From contig JBHLRZ010000003.1 of NCBI GenBank assembly GCA_048882045.1, positions 32,001 to 96,000 of the forward strand: a stretch of 64,000 bases of DNA. The letters run 5' to 3'. The DNA comes from Candidatus Thorarchaeota archaeon. GTDB taxonomy: Archaea; Asgardarchaeota; Thorarchaeia; Thorarchaeales; Thorarchaeaceae. The notes beneath the pieces were generated by a model, which did not search any database, was not told the origin of the DNA, and saw only the letters and a list, made by a program, of their open reading frames with translations. Of this stretch, positions 29,609 through 39,000 are shown in pieces. The number at the start of each line of letters is the position of its first letter. Position 1 is the first letter of the stretch. The position numbers and the translations under genes were made by a program.

Positions 29609-29747
29609 CAGCCCTTTGTCTCCTTAGCGAAATCCTGTTTAAGAAAACTCTTCAGACTTCGAATATAAGTGAATCTCTACTGTTTCCCCTGCTTGAAAGA
29701 AGTGTGCTCCTTTTGAAGGATGGACCGTAACTTGGAAACGAGAGAGA

Positions 29748-30014
29748 ATGAAACCGAAAGCAATTGAGAGAAAGCCACAAACTCGCTTGAGAGAGGTGTC
29801 AGATCTCAGAACTCAGTTCCAGTGTGAGTACAGATTGTACTTGAAACAGAAATGTGAGGAGTCCTCATCAGAAGCAAGCCTCATGGGATCAATACTCCAT
29901 ACGAGAATAGGAGACACTTCGCGATTGCAGAAGGTCCAAGAAGGTAGAGGAATCCTGCCTTTGTTGATTATCATAATGACATTGGTGATAGGTTTACTCT
30001 GGATAATCTGGTGA
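29748..30014 (+). CDS. Cas4-like nuclease N-terminal fragment with a C-terminal TM helix
   Basis: VSDL...QCEYRLYL...GSILH (Cas4/AddB N-terminal Cys and G..H motif) followed by a hydrophobic tail. Confidence 0.65.
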   Translation: MKPKAIERKPQTRLREVSDLRTQFQCEYRLYLKQKCEESSSEASLMGSILHTRIGDTSRLQKVQEGRGILPLLIIIMTLVIGLLWIIW

Positions 30015-30018
30015 TACT

Positions 30019-30678
30019 ATGAATGCGTTCTTGGGCCTGATTCTGTTTATCGTCTTCTTAGGAGGTATTCTGCTTCTCCTGAATATGCATGCTCGGACAG
30101 GATTCTCCACAACAGGAATGAAGATACATAGAGCAGTTCCAGCACCTTGGAATCTAACAGAGTTCCTCAGGCTCAAGCCTAGTCGTTGGAAGATTGGGGA
30201 GTATTATTTGTTTTGTGAAGAAACCGTTCGGTCACTTGGTCACAGGTTTGTCGGGAGGTTTGATAGTGCAATACTTCACTGGGAAGAAGCTCCAGTGCTG
30301 GATATTGTTATGGAGTACAAGTTTCCAGTCAATCATCTACCTGAGCAGAGGCGACAAGAGGATATCTTTCAAGCTGGGCTTTACGCCCTTGCCTTAATGG
30401 AAACCGGGGTCTCATGTTCCAGTACTCGACTTGTGACAATATATTGTCTCCAAGACAAAGCAAGCAGATGTGTTGAAGGAAAATCAAGCACATCATGTTG
30501 GAATTGTGGAGATAGCAAGATTTTCACAAACCGCTTCAATCCACATTATGCAATCAAGACTTTGAAGAGGTTGGATGAAGTCTGGTACAAAGGGAGAAAA
30601 CCAAAACCGACGCTTGAACGTCAGAGATGCAGGGTATGTCCCTATAGCAGGGATAAATGTAATTACTCCACAGTCTGA
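30019..30678 (+). CDS. Cas4-like PD-(D/E)XK nuclease, C-terminal part, with an N-terminal TM helix
   Basis: GRFD, MEYK, QAGLY and C-terminal CRVCPYSRDKC; own GGTGAT ribosome-binding motif. Confidence 0.8.
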   Translation: MNAFLGLILFIVFLGGILLLLNMHARTGFSTTGMKIHRAVPAPWNLTEFLRLKPSRWKIGEYYLFCEETVRSLGHRFVGRFDSAILHWEEAPVLDIVMEYKFPVNHLPEQRRQEDIFQAGLYALALMETGVSCSSTRLVTIYCLQDKASRCVEGKSSTSCWNCGDSKIFTNRFNPHYAIKTLKRLDEVWYKGRKPKPTLERQRCRVCPYSRDKCNYSTV

Positions 30679-30718
30679 ATACATTAACACAGACCTTTTT
30701 ACGTTAACAAATGAAGAA

Positions 30719-31144
30719 ATGAGTACCATGGTTCATTCATTGACTCGCCTACTCACATATGTCATGAGTGCAAAGAGAGACCTCAAGCGTGTTTACTACA
30801 CTAGTCGAAATCAAGAGGGAAAGCTTGATGCCAAGGAACTCGTTGCAGCCACAATCACACTTCAGAAACTACTGGAGGATCTCATAACAAAGAATAGAAC
30901 AATCCGAATGGCGAAAAAAGTACTTGAAGACCGAAAAGCTGAGCTCATGCTACGGAGATGGTTAATCGGTTTTCCAAAAAGGGTCAAAGATTTCATATCG
31001 AAATCGAAAAAGCTTGATCAGTTGCACCTTCGAAAATATCAACAGTCATTTCTTGCCTTCATCACTGAAATTAGTGAAGAGCTTGCAAAATGGATTGAGG
31101 ACATCGAAACCCTCAGAGAGATTCCCCGACCTCCAAAGCCATGA
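30719..31144 (+). CDS. Hypothetical basic alpha-helical protein
   Basis: Track ORF 30575..31144; start moved to avoid overlap with the upstream gene. Confidence 0.55.
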   Translation: MSTMVHSLTRLLTYVMSAKRDLKRVYYTSRNQEGKLDAKELVAATITLQKLLEDLITKNRTIRMAKKVLEDRKAELMLRRWLIGFPKRVKDFISKSKKLDQLHLRKYQQSFLAFITEISEELAKWIEDIETLREIPRPPKP

Positions 31145-32224
31145 TTACCAGCGAAGACGCGCAGCCATTCCACCAAATGACTTTAGCTGTGCACCTGATT
31201 CAGTCTGATTGGAGAATACAAGAAGGTTTGACCCATAGGTCCCTACTTCATCGTAGAGTTCGTCCATCTGTTCTGCTATGTCCTCAAGGACCATCACCGT
31301 ATCAACTCGTCCCTCATGGAGCGCATCCATGACTTCTTTCTTTCCGTACGTGACTGTATTTAGGCCCTTCATCAAGTCCTCTATGAATTGATCCCAAGTC
31401 TGACGTTCGACATAGATCTCAGTTTCACGGAGGATACGAGATGCTTCTTTCATAGCTTGGTAAAGACCAGTCTCATCTATTATACTGACAGGAATAATAG
31501 TTTCTGCAATCTTTTCCCTGATTCGATAGTCAAGATCACCTTTTTCGAGGAACTCTTGGCACCTGATTGTGTTTCCGCCTAGAACGATAGCATCGACGTT
31601 GTCTAGGTCCTCTAGGAGCAGATCGCTAAGCATACGACCAACATACTTGAAGAATTCTTGCATTTTCTCCTCTCGTATCCGAAGATAGCGTTTTGCGCTC
31701 TGACCTCCAGCTCGCGTCTTCCCTATGATATAGAAGTCTTCGTCACGTACCAATTCCATGTGTTTCCCACGGAGATAGCCTATAGTGACCTTTCCACCTT
31801 CAAGCAGAACAATGACAACCAAGCTCTTTGGCTTGGTCATGTTCTCAAGTTCCTCTGTAACAAATTCTCTACCACATAGATAGATGAACTGTGATATCGG
31901 AGTTGGGGGAACAATAATTTCTCGAATCTCGTTCCCGGTACCACCTTCTTCCTCAACACCGAAGAAGAATGCTAAGCCATTATCTGGAATCTGACCGACC
32001 TTTGACAGCTCGCTAAGAATTGCTGTGAGATTGTCTGATACATTCTTTCGATTTGCCTTACTTTTTATGTTATCAGCACCAGCAAGTTCAGTCCTCACAA
32101 AGCTGATGACATCAGTGAGGTTCTTTGATGGAGGCACGTAGAGTGTGGTGAACGAACTGTGGCGTCCTTGGTAGGCCTTGAGCTGCTCAACTTTTCGCTT
32201 GAGCTTGTGTCTCTCCACAGACAT
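31145..32224 (-). CDS. prf1: Peptide chain release factor aRF1
   Basis: NIKS, YLCGREF (YxCxxxF), AGGQSAKRY and FGGMAARLRW motifs. The ATG at 32224 follows AAGGTGA. Confidence 0.92.
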   Translation of the reverse strand: MSVERHKLKRKVEQLKAYQGRHSSFTTLYVPPSKNLTDVISFVRTELAGADNIKSKANRKNVSDNLTAILSELSKVGQIPDNGLAFFFGVEEEGGTGNEIREIIVPPTPISQFIYLCGREFVTEELENMTKPKSLVVIVLLEGGKVTIGYLRGKHMELVRDEDFYIIGKTRAGGQSAKRYLRIREEKMQEFFKYVGRMLSDLLLEDLDNVDAIVLGGNTIRCQEFLEKGDLDYRIREKIAETIIPVSIIDETGLYQAMKEASRILRETEIYVERQTWDQFIEDLMKGLNTVTYGKKEVMDALHEGRVDTVMVLEDIAEQMDELYDEVGTYGSNLLVFSNQTESGAQLKSFGGMAARLRW

Positions 32225-32409
32225 GTTCTTCACCTTCGATTCTTTGTGATTCACTGATTTCTTCAAAATCAGAGGCAGAGGGTTCCTGCCAGTTGGGTCA
32301 CCTGAGTGAGCGTATTTTAACATTGTCGTCTGGTTATATATCGAGAGTTGCAATCTGGGACTTCTGGCGACAGATTAAAAAGGTGAACTCATTGTTGCAG
32401 GTAATAGGA

Positions 32410-32510
32410 TTGATTTGGATGGATTGCTGCCAATTTCCACATTGATACATTGGTTGTATCGAATCAGAGGGTATGCGGCATGTCTTTCCCAAGCGATTCC
32501 GAATAGTCAA
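32410..32510 (+). promoter_or_regulatory. Candidate structured 5' leader of pheS
   Basis: Nested complementarity TTGATT/AGTCAA, GGATTGCT/AGCGATTC and GATACA/TGTATC, downstream of an AT-rich TATA-like box near 32374. Confidence 0.35.
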
Positions 32511-32527
32511 GGAGTTTTGAACATATA

Positions 32528-34030
32528 ATGAGCGAACAGTTGACAGAAGGAGAGAGAATCGTACTAGAAGAACTACTCAATCTGAATCAACGTGTCCCCA
32601 CATCAGATCTCGCCAGTCACCTAAACCAAGGAGAGGAACGAGTGATCTCAATTCTCAACTCTCTTGCCAGTCGGGGACTGGTCGAGATTCACACAAAAGA
32701 GAGAGTTACATATTCGCTAACTGATGAGGGTGCAGAATACGTGGATTCGGGACTTCCTGAGGTCCGACTCTTCACTGGAGTAAAGGAGCTCGGTGGGAAG
32801 GCAACCTTCGATGATGCTGTCGCTAAGGCGGGGTTGGATCCCAAGGAGAAGGGATTCGCTATGAATTGGGCTAGGAAGACCGGATGGCTTCAAATTTCGA
32901 AAGAAGAAGGAGTCACCGTCCTAAAGGCATTGGTACAGAATCCAGAGTCTGAAGTCACGGATGTGATCAATCAGATCTCTCAGGGTAGAGAAACCCTTCA
33001 GGATTCAGAATCTTTGAATCAGGCACTTGAGAGGAAGCTTGTCGTCGAGAAAGTGACCAAGTCCTATGAAACCGAAATCATAGGTGCAAAAACCAGTGAA
33101 ATTGAGAAGTTTCTATCAGCTGGAATCACTGGTATTGGCAACATCACACCAGAGATACTTACGAGTGGTGCGTGGAAGGACAAGTCGTTCAGACCATACA
33201 ATGTTGAAATTCAGCCCGTTTATAGCAACTATGGAAAGAAGCATCCATATGCTGAATTCAACGACTGGTTGAGAGAGATCATGATAGGTCTCGGTTTCGC
33301 GGAGTGGTTCGGTCCGTACGTTGAAACTGAGTTCTGGGGACACGACACATTATTCGTGCCTCAGGACCATGTTGCTCGAGAGGTTCAGGACCAGTTCAGA
33401 GTTGCTTCACCATACGACCACGGACAAATCGTGGATAGAAAGTACTACAAAGCTGTCAAGGCGGTACATGAAGACGGTGGGAACACAGGTTCAAAAGGTT
33501 GGGACTGGCCCTACAGCGAAGAAGTTGCCACACGACTTTGTTTGAGACCGCATACTACTCCGGTTTCAATGAGGTACCTCTATGAGCACCGAGAGAGTCC
33601 GCAAAAGATGTTCATTATTGATAGGAACTTCAGATCAGAAACCCTGAGTGCAACGCATGCACAAGAGTTCAATCAGTGTGAGGGTATTATCATGGACAAG
33701 GGATTGACTCTGCGAGATCTTCTAGGATATTTAACTTCAATTTGTAAAGGGGTTGGAATTGAGAAGCTCAAATTCAAACCAGGACAGTTCCCGTTCACCG
33801 AACCTAGTGTAGAAACCTTCGGAAAGCATGAGAAACTAGGATGGATTGAGCTTGGTGGCTCAGGCATTTTCAGACCGGAGGTCACACGTCCATTAGGTAT
33901 CACCGATACTGTGCTGGCATGGGGTCTTGGTTCAGGAAGATTGTACATGGCCGCTATGGGAATCAACGACATCAGAAACCTCTACTCAAGAGATCTGAAT
34001 TGGCTTAGGAGGAGCCACTTTGTGAGGTGA
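32528..34030 (+). CDS. pheS: Phenylalanine-tRNA ligase alpha subunit (archaeal/eukaryotic type)
   Basis: GLPE, LFVPQDHVARE, LRPHTT, FPFTEPS and GSGIFRPEV motifs. Confidence 0.97.
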   Translation: MSEQLTEGERIVLEELLNLNQRVPTSDLASHLNQGEERVISILNSLASRGLVEIHTKERVTYSLTDEGAEYVDSGLPEVRLFTGVKELGGKATFDDAVAKAGLDPKEKGFAMNWARKTGWLQISKEEGVTVLKALVQNPESEVTDVINQISQGRETLQDSESLNQALERKLVVEKVTKSYETEIIGAKTSEIEKFLSAGITGIGNITPEILTSGAWKDKSFRPYNVEIQPVYSNYGKKHPYAEFNDWLREIMIGLGFAEWFGPYVETEFWGHDTLFVPQDHVAREVQDQFRVASPYDHGQIVDRKYYKAVKAVHEDGGNTGSKGWDWPYSEEVATRLCLRPHTTPVSMRYLYEHRESPQKMFIIDRNFRSETLSATHAQEFNQCEGIIMDKGLTLRDLLGYLTSICKGVGIEKLKFKPGQFPFTEPSVETFGKHEKLGWIELGGSGIFRPEVTRPLGITDTVLAWGLGSGRLYMAAMGINDIRNLYSRDLNWLRRSHFVR

Positions 34031-35697
34031 TTACTATGATTGTAGAATGCAGAATAGATGATCTACTATCACTGATTGGGAAGAAACTCACCCTTGAGAA
34101 ATTAGAAGACACACTCTTTCTCATCAAGGCGGAAGTCGAGAAAGTCGATGGTAACATCATTGAGATTGAGGTAAATCCAGATCGACAGGACCAGCTTTCA
34201 ACGGAGGGAATAGCTCGATCAGTGAGGTCATTCCTCCAACTGGACACTGGGTTGAAGAAATATCCAGTGAAGAAATCTGGAAATCAAATCATCGTCAAGC
34301 CAGGTCTATCAAAGGTAAGACCGTTCATCTGTGGTTCAATCCTTAAGGGCGTGAAAGCAGATGACGATCTGATCAAAGAATACATGCACCTTCAGGACGC
34401 ACTTACCTCGACACATGGAAGAAACAGAAGCAAGGCAAGCATTGGACTCTATGTCTATGATGAGATTGAGTTCCCAATCATCTACGGACCGAAGAAACCG
34501 GAATCAATCCGTTTCAAACCTCTCGGGTATGAATATGAGATGGACGGACCAACCATCATGACTGATCATGAGAAGGGAGTAGAGTTTGGATATATCATCA
34601 AATCCCATAAGAAATGGCCACTATTATATGACTCCAATGATGAGGTACTCAGTCTACCTCCCATCATCAACAGCAATGACCTAGGGAGGATGACCACTGA
34701 TACAAAGAACCTCTTTGTTGAAGTCACTGGAACTCATCTTCCAACTGTTCATCAAGCATTGAACATCATCACAGCATCTTTAGCGGAGCGTGATGGCAGT
34801 ATAGAGTCGGTCACCGTTGTATACCCTGATGATACCAAAGATGAAACCCCCGATTTTTCACCTGAGAAGATGACGATATCGGTTGAAGAGATCAATAAAA
34901 TTACAGGACTGGACATGAGTGGTCCTAATATTGTAAAGGCGTTAGAGAGGATGGGATTTGGTGCAACAGCAAAGGCGAAGGTTGTGGATGTGCTTGTTCC
35001 TGCATACAGAATGGACATCCTTCATGCAGTGGACGTAATAGAGGACATAGCTATCGGATATGGATTCAACAATCTGACACCTGCGTTTCCCCAGACCATG
35101 ACTATGGGCAAACTGACCCCAGCTACTAGGTTGAAGAAGAAGGTTAGAGACCTCATGGTGGGACTGGGCTATCAAGAGATCATGAACTACATCATGACCT
35201 CACCAGAAATATTGAATGATAAAATGCTCCGAGACGAGTCCATCGTCACGACCGAGAATCCGAAGAGCCGCAACTATTCAGTTCTGAGAAACTCGCTCCT
35301 CCCTGTTCTTCTAGACTTTGCGTCGCAGAATCAGCATGCTGACTATCCGCAGAAGATCTTCGAGGTAGGAGACATCATAATTCCTTCAGAAGAAATGGAA
35401 ACAAGAATAAAACAGATTCCGTCTGTGAGCTGCTTGATGTCAGATGTTAAGGTGAACATTACAACAATGATGACTGAGATTGGGTTCCTACTAAGGAATC
35501 TTGGTCTGGATAAGAAGTTCAAGTTCATTTCAATAGACAATCCAGCGTTCATAGAAGGACGCGCTGCTCATATCTCAGTGAACAACATACAAGTCGGATA
35601 TCTAGGAGAAATTTCCCCTCAAGTTCTTACCAACTTCGGAATTGGGTATCCTGTGGTAGCATTTGAGATACATTTACCCAGAGGTCTTGAATGGTAG
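34027..35697 (+). CDS. pheT: Phenylalanine-tRNA ligase beta subunit
   Basis: NPDRQD, SLPPIINS, RMDILHAVDVIEDIAIGYG and LRNSLLP motifs. Confidence 0.97.
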   Translation: MITMIVECRIDDLLSLIGKKLTLEKLEDTLFLIKAEVEKVDGNIIEIEVNPDRQDQLSTEGIARSVRSFLQLDTGLKKYPVKKSGNQIIVKPGLSKVRPFICGSILKGVKADDDLIKEYMHLQDALTSTHGRNRSKASIGLYVYDEIEFPIIYGPKKPESIRFKPLGYEYEMDGPTIMTDHEKGVEFGYIIKSHKKWPLLYDSNDEVLSLPPIINSNDLGRMTTDTKNLFVEVTGTHLPTVHQALNIITASLAERDGSIESVTVVYPDDTKDETPDFSPEKMTISVEEINKITGLDMSGPNIVKALERMGFGATAKAKVVDVLVPAYRMDILHAVDVIEDIAIGYGFNNLTPAFPQTMTMGKLTPATRLKKKVRDLMVGLGYQEIMNYIMTSPEILNDKMLRDESIVTTENPKSRNYSVLRNSLLPVLLDFASQNQHADYPQKIFEVGDIIIPSEEMETRIKQIPSVSCLMSDVKVNITTMMTEIGFLLRNLGLDKKFKFISIDNPAFIEGRAAHISVNNIQVGYLGEISPQVLTNFGIGYPVVAFEIHLPRGLEW

Positions 35698-35769
35698 TAC
35701 AATCCGCAGAAAAGATATAAGATAAAGTCCAGGAGCATTCAGAGAAGGTTCCACTCGGGGTGCTCTCAA

Positions 35770-36366
35770 GTGACTGAAAGAAACGAAACTGCAGATACCT
35801 CAACAGACGATGGATTTGAGGGATACAAGTTTCGCATAGTTTTGCTTGGGGAAGCAGCCGTAGGAAAGACATCTTTGTTACGTCGGTACACTGAGAACCT
35901 CTTCGACGAGGAGTATAAACAGACCATTGGCACAACATTTGCCACCAAAGACGTAGATGTTAAAGATTCAGAAGGAGAGGTCCGCCGAGTCAGGCTAAAT
36001 GTATGGGACATGGGCGGACAGTCCACATACCGAGAATTGAGACGTCAGTTCATGAAAGGGGCGTCTGCAGCAATCATCGTATATGATGTTACTCGCCCAG
36101 AAACCTTCATGGCAATGAACAACTGGTTTGAGTCATTCAAAGAGGTGTGCCCTGATTCACCTGTTCTGATCAGCGCAAATAAAATCGACCTCACAGACCA
36201 GCGAATGGTGCCTCAAGAACCAGGGAGAATGTTGAGAGACTGGTTCCAGGCAGAGTATTTCGAAACTTCAGCAAAGACTGGTGATGAAGTTACCAATGTA
36301 TTTTCACGTACGGCCGCGGTCGTACTAGACAAAGCACTGTCAGAGAGCAAAAGCCCTCTGATGTGA
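35770..36366 (+). CDS. Rab-like small GTPase
   Basis: G1 GEAAVGKTS, G2 TIG, G3 WDMGGQ, G4 NKID, G5 ETSAK. Confidence 0.93.
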   Translation: MTERNETADTSTDDGFEGYKFRIVLLGEAAVGKTSLLRRYTENLFDEEYKQTIGTTFATKDVDVKDSEGEVRRVRLNVWDMGGQSTYRELRRQFMKGASAAIIVYDVTRPETFMAMNNWFESFKEVCPDSPVLISANKIDLTDQRMVPQEPGRMLRDWFQAEYFETSAKTGDEVTNVFSRTAAVVLDKALSESKSPLM

Positions 36367-36379
36367 ATTACTTAACAAG

Positions 36380-36802
36380 GTGAGCATAGGTTTGAAAGTA
36401 CGAGACTTCATGACTGCTTTAATTATCACTGCAGAGGCTGATACTTCCGTAAAGGAAGCAGCTAGACTCATGGCTGCGGAGGACGTTGGAAGTCTTCTCG
36501 TCACCAAGGGAGATGTACTAGTGGGAATGGTCACTCGCCGCGAAATGATAGGTGCACATTTACTTTCTGAAGAGTCATATCAATCTCTTACTGTTGAGGA
36601 CATAATGACCACTCCTGTGATTACAATAGGTCCGGAAGCAGACCTAGGACAGACAATTACCTTGATGAATCAAACCGGAAGCAGACGAATCCCTGTCATC
36701 GAAGGTACTGATATCATTGGTCTAGTATGTTCTAGCGATGTAATTAGAGTTTTAGCAACTATGAAAATGATAGCTGACGGAGGACCACTAACAGAGGATT
36801 AA
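36380..36802 (+). CDS. CBS-pair domain protein
   Basis: VRDFMT...VGSLLV...VEDIMTTPVITI...RRIPV. Confidence 0.9.
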   Translation: MSIGLKVRDFMTALIITAEADTSVKEAARLMAAEDVGSLLVTKGDVLVGMVTRREMIGAHLLSEESYQSLTVEDIMTTPVITIGPEADLGQTITLMNQTGSRRIPVIEGTDIIGLVCSSDVIRVLATMKMIADGGPLTED

Positions 36803-37578
36803 GCCGGTTTATACTTTGGAATTTCAGCCTTGATTTCTTTCTTCAGTTTCAAGATGTCTCGAGCTTGAAGCTCTTTCCGTTTCTCATATCCACCGACGAC
36901 ACCCAACCACTTATCGATGTGAACCATGATTGGATCACTTGGGACTATCTTCATTATTGACTCCTTCGCCTCTCCCATTGTTTCCATGACATCCCCAGCC
37001 TTGCATCCCATCTTCAATGATTTTACAATTGAGTTTAGTTGACTAGCAATCGCCATAGCTCTGTCAGCAGGCAACGAAGCAGCCATAGCTGCTGCAGCTG
37101 GTTCTGGCGTTGGTGCTGGTGCTGGTGCGGGTGTTGGTTCTGGTGTTGGCGCTGCCGTTGGTGCTGGTGCCTCAGCTTTTGCAAGTTTTGGTTCGGGGAC
37201 TGGTTTAGGTGCAGGGGGAGGAGCAGCAGCTGGAGCTGTTGTGGATATGTTAGCGATGGCTTTTGTTATTTCATCGCGATGATTTGCAATGAGCTGCATC
37301 ATCTCATTCCTAAGGTTTTCGATTGACTCTTGAACGAACACACGAATGGCTCCAACCTCTTGAACGACCATTGATGCTAGTGCTTCAGAGTTATCAGCTG
37401 CAGGAGCAGCCGCGGGTTGGTTTGCAAGGGCTGCGATAACCTCTTCTTTGGACACTCTAACCTCAGACTTGATCTCAGTTACTGTTCCAAGTATGGTGAT
37501 CATTCGCTTGAGGGTTTCACCCAGTTGGTTGATACTCTCCTCAATCTTGGTTAGTTTACTCAGGAATTGTTCTGCCAT
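36799..37578 (-). CDS. Hypothetical coiled-coil protein with a Pro/Ala-rich linker
   Basis: Heptad-like N-terminus, PAPAPAPTPEP linker and a helical C-terminal domain. Confidence 0.65.
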   Translation of the reverse strand: MAEQFLSKLTKIEESINQLGETLKRMITILGTVTEIKSEVRVSKEEVIAALANQPAAAPAADNSEALASMVVQEVGAIRVFVQESIENLRNEMMQLIANHRDEITKAIANISTTAPAAAPPPAPKPVPEPKLAKAEAPAPTAAPTPEPTPAPAPAPTPEPAAAAMAASLPADRAMAIASQLNSIVKSLKMGCKAGDVMETMGEAKESIMKIVPSDPIMVHIDKWLGVVGGYEKRKELQARDILKLKKEIKAEIPKYKPA

Positions 37579-37763
37579 GGTCCATCACCTGGTCTGAATT
37601 TCACGCGAATATGGAAAATGTAGGGTATAAGGGTTATTTGTCCAGACCCACCTTCGATATTTCAGAGTAGAAGAAATTTGCCTTGTGCGGATGATATCGT
37701 CACTTATTTTATATTTAGAGAGTTCGGCAGAATACTTGGTAGTGAAACTTAGGACGTCCAACA

Positions 37764-38366
37764 ATGGCTGTACCACATGATGTATCGCACATGTTCAAAC
37801 TTGTGGCTCTTGGAGACGGAGCTGTAGGAAAGACAAGTTGCATTAAGAGATACACAGAGGACAGTTTTAGTGAACGCTACATAGCTACCATAGGAACTAC
37901 TTTTGCACTGAAGACACTGGACGTTGTCCTGCCCAGTGGGAGCACTGTAAAAGCCCGCGTTGTGCTTTGGGATCTTGCAGGTCAACCGACCTATAATGAA
38001 CTTAGGCGCAGGTATATGGCGGGAGCATCTATGGCAATCATAGTCTATGATGTGACCAGACCACAGACGTTCTTGGACATTGGCGAGTGGTACACTAAAT
38101 TCATAACTGTCTGTCCAAATGCTGTCGTTGCAGTGGTGGCAAACAAAATAGATCGTGAGGATCGATTAGTACCACCAGAAGCAGCCAAGATGGTAACGGA
38201 ATGGTTGGATGTGATTCACTGGGAAACATCAGCCAAGACCGGGGAGAACGTGACACCTCTGTTTACAGACCTAGTCACAAAGGCGATATTGAAGCAACAA
38301 GAATTTGGTCCCCTCGACCAAACATCGGGAACACAACCTCCAAAACCATTCAAACTTGGTGTATAG
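37764..38366 (+). CDS. Rab-like small GTPase
   Basis: GDGAVGKTS, TIGTTF, WDLAGQ, NKID and ETSAK motifs. Confidence 0.93.
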   Translation: MAVPHDVSHMFKLVALGDGAVGKTSCIKRYTEDSFSERYIATIGTTFALKTLDVVLPSGSTVKARVVLWDLAGQPTYNELRRRYMAGASMAIIVYDVTRPQTFLDIGEWYTKFITVCPNAVVAVVANKIDREDRLVPPEAAKMVTEWLDVIHWETSAKTGENVTPLFTDLVTKAILKQQEFGPLDQTSGTQPPKPFKLGV

Positions 38367-38389
38367 CAGAACCACAGGAACGGAATCGA

Positions 38390-38929
38390 ATGGTATCAAG
38401 CTGGAGTTATGTGAAGGGACTGATTGGACATGGGATTCTTTTCTTTGTAAACTTCTCAGTACTTGTGGGAATCATAGAGAGCCTTCAGCTTTTTACTAAT
38501 CCCGATCTACCGTTTCTGAACGTATTGCTACTGGGATATATGGTAATTCATACCTTCGTCTTTCTGAGTATTCAACTTGGAGTTCAAATACTGGAAGTGA
38601 TCAAACTTCGTTTTCCGACCTTCTTACCTCTCTATTATTTCCAAGTTAGTGACCAAGAAACAATACCTGTTCCACTCTTTGACCCGACAGAAAGTCGTTT
38701 GGCTGTTATCATACTTCTATTGGTAATTTCGGGAGGTCCAATCCTCTATCCAATCTTCTTGATATATGGAGGTCTCTTAGTCTGGGGACATTTGACAATA
38801 ATCGCCCTGGATCCTTCCACAATCCTAAGATACTTCCAGATATTTCTGAATTACGTACCCCCACTCATGATACTCATAGCAGGACTCATCATTCTATCTA
38901 TCATGATGATTGAGCGGAGACACGCTTAG
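38390..38929 (+). CDS. Hypothetical integral membrane protein (about 4 TM)
   Basis: Hydrophobic part of track ORF 38201..38929; start moved to the ATG at 38390. Confidence 0.6.
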   Translation: MVSSWSYVKGLIGHGILFFVNFSVLVGIIESLQLFTNPDLPFLNVLLLGYMVIHTFVFLSIQLGVQILEVIKLRFPTFLPLYYFQVSDQETIPVPLFDPTESRLAVIILLLVISGGPILYPIFLIYGGLLVWGHLTIIALDPSTILRYFQIFLNYVPPLMILIAGLIILSIMMIERRHA

Positions 38930-39000
38930 TCCCAATACAATGGGCGTAGTAATCATGCAGGGATTTAAATCACCCATCTTCATTAGAACCTCGATAGACT

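Noticed and set aside
29748-30678. CRISPR-Cas locus or frameshifted pseudogene
   Set aside because: No array or other cas genes; ORF2 has its own RBS and ATG and intact catalytic motifs. A sequencing error cannot be fully excluded.
35733-35765. Hairpin just upstream of the first Rab-like GTPase
   Set aside because: The TATA-like box near 35715 would place the TSS inside the stem, so it is too weak to call.
37039-37326. Cys/Trp-repeat ORF (WCWCWC)
   Set aside because: Antisense shadow of the Pro/Ala linker in 36799..37578.
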